From NCBI GenBank assembly GCA_965644295.1, contig CBFFRP010000058.1, forward strand, positions 62,001 to 126,000: a stretch of 64,000 nt of DNA. The letters run 5' to 3'. This DNA comes from Paraphysomonas bandaiensis. Lineage: Eukaryota; Protista; Chrysophyceae. Shown here piece by piece: positions 62,801 to 64,000 of the stretch (its first letter is position 1; the number at the start of each line of letters is the position of its first letter). A program made the position numbers and the translations under genes. Below the pieces are notes generated by a model. It saw only the letters and a program-made list of their open reading frames with translations, made no database searches and was not told the origin of the DNA.

Positions 62801-64000
62801 CAGGAAGAGGATGATGATGGCGATGATGACAGCAGTGTTTCTTCTGCGAAGAAGGCTGCACGAAGGAAGTCCTATAGTATTAAGAACCGCCGTGCCGTCA
62901 ATATGCAGGGGGCGGAATTGCTGCAACAAGCAATTAAAATATACCAAGAAAAAGATTCTATCGCCAAGGCAGTCAAATTCCTCATATCGAAAAATTTTAT
63001 GTCTGACACTCCGCACGAAATTGCGAGTTTTGTGCGAATATACAAAGATAATTTTGATCCTACGGCTATTGGCGACTTCCTTGGTGAGGGTGGACGTAAC
63101 GAAAAAGAAGAAGAATATTGGAATTTAATTCGATTCAGATATACCCGCGCGGTTAGTTTTGTGGATATGGAGGTGGAAGCTGCGTTAAGGCTGTACTTGA
63201 CTGGATGTGGGTTCCGTTTGCCTGGAGAAGCTCAGAAGATAGATCGATTTATCACTGCGTTTGTGAAGGTGTTTTGGCAAGACAATAGAAACACTGACTA
63301 CTGCCCTTTTGCTCACGAAGATACTGTGCATTTGCTCTCTTATGCAGCTATAATGCTAAATACCGATTTGCACAGAGCCAACCTGGATAAAAAGAAGAGT
63401 ACGAAAAAGATGACTAAAACGGATTTTATTAAGAACCTACGTGGCTGTGATCAAGGAAACGATATTAACCCGGAGTATTTGGGAAGGGTCTATGACGAAA
63501 TTGCACGCAATCGAATTGAGATGGCTGTTGACAAGCCTGGTGATGATATGACCCAATCCACTAAGGATGCAGCAGATGGAGATAGTACTGCGACAGACCC
63601 CGAGAGTAATAGAGTTTATGTGACAGAGCTATTGCGCAATTTAAGAAATTATGAAGATCTCTTGCGTTCTCTATCACCGTATACTCATAAGTTCTACATC
63701 ATGGGAGTAGATATTAGCATTAGCATGGAGTTAGTATCTTTCATGTTTGAAAGTGTATGGCATCACTTCCATGCTATTGTTGATGGTCTGCTTACTAGAA
63801 TCAGCAACGAAGAGAACGTGATATTTTCTGCATTAGATGTTCTTTGTAATGCACTCACGTCATGTATATTTCTTGACCTCAAGGTAGAAAAGTTGGCATT
63901 TGCAACCCAACTAGCGCGGTTTAGGCATATATGCGAAATAGCCGAGGCTTCTGACGGATCATCCCCCAATAAAAATCCCCAGAGTGGTGCTAGTTTCGCA
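59864..64000 (+). CDS. Large BIG/GBF-type Sec7 ArfGEF with an N-terminal MABP-like triple repeat; 3'-partial, apparently intronless here
   Basis: The ATG at 59864 is in frame with FRLPGEAQKIDR at 63212 (Glu finger); HUS-box EMFVNFDMD; LSYAAIMLNTDLH. Missing from the ORF track because there is no stop in the window. Confidence 0.9.
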   Translation, partial: MTELMKDDTIQMKLYSNHLNELKLIANKYKLEYICDYCDQALIILNDNDNHQHVQLEKKKPTAIDMITAGLSSQDINYNIRFSRPWSYNDKIKRGTSSVFGVGALNPNDYENVTSESILNAPITDMCLIQRSETVPDGYYRLARTPSNKKADLNTGSGGTHLYLCIKKSTNDDVPPISSIIVIYPDKKEYVPPGFSVVKRGGKPCNINSGTSAERIFICYKRDASCYPIVDVQVYFPTKNESPPTSFMKLSRSIRNHRVDLNMGTGAPLIGVCYRLDVSGLDCLIPRDPHVTLEGMNSSDMNSRQSGGSWAVRDSQWKGVIERRTSNQSSVDLSEDWDYEKEVKRVSVMQDVVEDEVVSTPPGTSNGREETTSSLSADDEGDKTPHQQTRGHRRLSSTGTVGDTEEGDKRTRRSTLLDNVNKDDDSISGQSMTTSMIDPNEQRDTLIGLSLRSDQVVTIHGEPIPRADGYFLRAVLSGVFGTGEVLSVSLSILVAVIEEGSLLKDCFSGRSSSESTTMLDVTVCALCERLDGCVEVVNSKILEVFHHIIKRSKGVLTKFCTQNIFRALSFVCSACSTRPDWVVAGYPTPAEEDGQELYAFSVLRELIKQVTSLAGRCDLDHPLPNVYMSCGDIIEVHEEHSVSNYDLSHLLSRGETHVIMCDLVTEFVDEIMDSVETSRVSEIALLGTAKKTSSILSPFFWSQMNSVSKSLFCDYEVQNAFILLAALCKWSWLDIKPGDSGEFAPRHLGNKLLSIEALSEFCRVSGPNLRMSKIMGYQIRRLVVSSMFWNIQYSLLEPRIFSKLLKLVSVLWENWREHIRLEFPVLCEQLVIKILQAPTVKMPPVYHIIAMKEVMKWFEQPHMLVEMFVNFDMDGVVVSDWNIFAHLIRAVCTFAEKSSRPIIPGSGAGPFPPEASSVGSVSTMFGSNCVQVSPRDVKIRALEVAAHITRAIMDATGHANLIHMDIIANDDCAEDLSKGQEEDDDGDDDSSVSSAKKAARRKSYSIKNRRAVNMQGAELLQQAIKIYQEKDSIAKAVKFLISKNFMSDTPHEIASFVRIYKDNFDPTAIGDFLGEGGRNEKEEEYWNLIRFRYTRAVSFVDMEVEAALRLYLTGCGFRLPGEAQKIDRFITAFVKVFWQDNRNTDYCPFAHEDTVHLLSYAAIMLNTDLHRANLDKKKSTKKMTKTDFIKNLRGCDQGNDINPEYLGRVYDEIARNRIEMAVDKPGDDMTQSTKDAADGDSTATDPESNRVYVTELLRNLRNYEDLLRSLSPYTHKFYIMGVDISISMELVSFMFESVWHHFHAIVDGLLTRISNEENVIFSALDVLCNALTSCIFLDLKVEKLAFATQLARFRHICEIAEASDGSSPNKNPQSGASFA

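Overview
Eukaryotic nuclear DNA with the standard code and mostly 40-100 nt GT-AG introns. It is most likely a stramenopile (ochrophyte/chrysophyte-like), inferred from a Sig1/Ocm1-type mastigoneme-like EGF protein. Positions ~1-19.4 kb are a nested accessory patchwork. They hold two sibling copies of a non-autonomous copia-derived LTR element whose 184-186 bp LTRs end in non-canonical AGTT...AACT (5-bp TSD AAATA), AT-rich intronless giant-virus-like gene relics (one split by a 1.2-kb insertion with a 15-bp duplication), a dead copia RT-RNase H, tiny MITEs, tandem duplications, and a CK2-alpha last exon with no upstream exons in the window. Positions ~19.4-64 kb are an ordinary gene-dense region: 2OG-Fe(II) oxygenase, RPL27, a coiled-coil protein, two 5S rRNA genes, a four-repeat CaaX protein, an EF-hand-like protein, ATG11 (first intron filled by a 21-bp minisatellite), QTRT1, PRP18, an EGF-repeat protein, a deleted pogo-type transposon, SEC63, an FN3-WW-EF-hand protein, and a large Sec7 ArfGEF with an N-terminal MABP-like triple repeat. 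That last ORF runs off the window end and is absent from the supplied ORF track. All family calls come from motif recognition by eye; no searches were run.
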